A program made the translations under genes and the position numbers. Under the pieces are notes generated by a model, which had not been told where the DNA came from, made no database searches, and was given only the letters and a program-made list of their open reading frames with translations. From Halorhodospira halophila SL1 (GTDB lineage: Bacteria > Pseudomonadota > Gammaproteobacteria > Nitrococcales > Halorhodospiraceae), in NCBI RefSeq assembly GCF_000015585.1, contig NC_008789.1, forward strand, positions 2,520,001 to 2,552,000: DNA of 32,000 nt, written 5' to 3'. Below, piece by piece: positions 31,145 to 32,000 of the stretch; the stretch's first letter is position 1; each line of letters opens with the position of its first letter.

Positions 31145-32000
31145 ATGGGTAAAAGCCTCGTCATCGTCGAGTCGCCTGCCAAGGCGCGCACGATCAACAA
31201 ATACCTGGGTTCCGATTACGAGGTCATGGCCTCCTACGGCCATGTCCGCGACCTCGTCCCCAAGGAGGGGGCGGTGGATCCGTCCAGCGGCTTCGCCATG
31301 AAGTACGCACCCATCGACAAGAACCAGAAGCACGTCGATGCCATCGCCAAGGCGGCCCGCAAGGCCGACGCCCTCTACCTGGCCACTGACCCGGACCGCG
31401 AGGGTGAAGCCATCTCCTGGCACCTGGTGGAGCTGCTGCGCGACAAGGGCACCCTGGACGACAAACCGGTCTATCGGGTGGTCTTCCACGAGATCACCAA
31501 GGGCGCCATCCAGGAGGCGATGAACAACCCGCGGGACATCTCCGAGGAGCTGGTCAACGCCCAGCAGGCGCGCCGCGCCCTCGACTACCTGGTCGGCTTC
31601 AACCTCTCGCCCCTGCTCTGGCGCAAGATCACCAGCGGCCTCTCCGCGGGCCGGGTGCAGAGCCCCGCGCTGCGGATGATCTGCGAGCGCGAGACCGAGA
31701 TCGAGCAGTTCGAGCCCCAGGAGTACTGGAGCGTCGAGGCCGATGCCGCCAAGGCGCAGCAGCCCTTCATGGCCAAGCTCTCGCAGCTCCACGGCGAGAA
31801 GGTCCGGCAGTTCACCATCACCGACGAGACCCATGCCCAGGAGGTCGACCGCACCCTGCGCGAGGCCGCGCGTGCCCAACCCGACCCCGCCCGGATCGGC
31901 CCCACCGGCGATGGCGAGACCGAGGTCATCGGCACGCTGCGGGTCGCCTCGGTGGAGCGCAAGCAACGCCGGCGCAACCCGGCAGCGCCATTCATCACCT
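31145..32000 (+). CDS. topA: DNA topoisomerase I, 3'-truncated by window edge
   Basis: Not in the ORF track because it has no in-window stop. Hand translation from ATG 31145 gives MGKSLVIVESPAKARTINKYLGSDYEVMASYGHVRDL..DPDREGEAISWH..SAGRVQSPALRMI, almost identical in pattern to the E. coli TopA N-terminus. The frame is open to the window end. Confidence 0.93.
   Translation, partial: MGKSLVIVESPAKARTINKYLGSDYEVMASYGHVRDLVPKEGAVDPSSGFAMKYAPIDKNQKHVDAIAKAARKADALYLATDPDREGEAISWHLVELLRDKGTLDDKPVYRVVFHEITKGAIQEAMNNPRDISEELVNAQQARRALDYLVGFNLSPLLWRKITSGLSAGRVQSPALRMICERETEIEQFEPQEYWSVEADAAKAQQPFMAKLSQLHGEKVRQFTITDETHAQEVDRTLREAARAQPDPARIGPTGDGETEVIGTLRVASVERKQRRRNPAAPFIT

Noticed and set aside
29999-31966. 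655-aa ORF on the minus strand spanning dprA, smg, the smg terminator and topA
   Set aside because: It is antisense to three confidently identified genes whose products align with known families. The predicted protein is low-complexity (R/G/A/P/L/V-rich) with no recognisable motifs, and there is no SD. Such long open antisense frames are expected in DNA this GC-rich because stop codons are AT-rich.

Overview
Very GC-rich, densely packed gammaproteobacterial core-genome window. I call 33 CDSs. Two are cut by the window edges, and 12 same-strand junctions overlap or lie within 10 nt. Nearly every gene is a recognisable housekeeping gene. The blocks in order:
- RND and MFS transporters
- argB-algC-dut-coaBC, divergent from radC
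- rpoH-ftsX-ftsE-ftsY, divergent from two M16 peptidases-rsmD-coaD
- mutM, rpmG and rpmB
- a PCMT-like methyltransferase-lpxL-waaA
- a PFK gene divergent from fbp
- hemF-rsmB-fmt-def, divergent from dprA-smg-topA

From memory, these blocks match conserved arrangements in Pseudomonas aeruginosa and the E. coli rpmBG-mutM / coaD-waaA / radC-coaBC-dut region. The acidic proteins and GC content suggest an Ectothiorhodospiraceae-like halophile, but that is a guess.

I see no tRNA or rRNA genes, CRISPR array, IS element, integrase, phage genes or defence-like cassette. I do not find convincing evidence for a novel multi-gene system; this looks like an ordinary core region.

The most follow-up-worthy items are lineage-specific insertions into otherwise conserved syntenic blocks:
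- an EAL-HDOD c-di-GMP gene between rpmG and mutM
- two orphan small membrane proteins, one between coaBC and radC and one after coaD
- a PCMT-family paralog lacking the canonical isoaspartyl-binding motif, coupled to lpxL-waaA
- a PFK with mixed ATP/PPi signatures, divergent from fbp

The many long alternative-frame ORFs in the track are GC-driven artefacts. All homology calls were made by eye and from memory; no searches were run.
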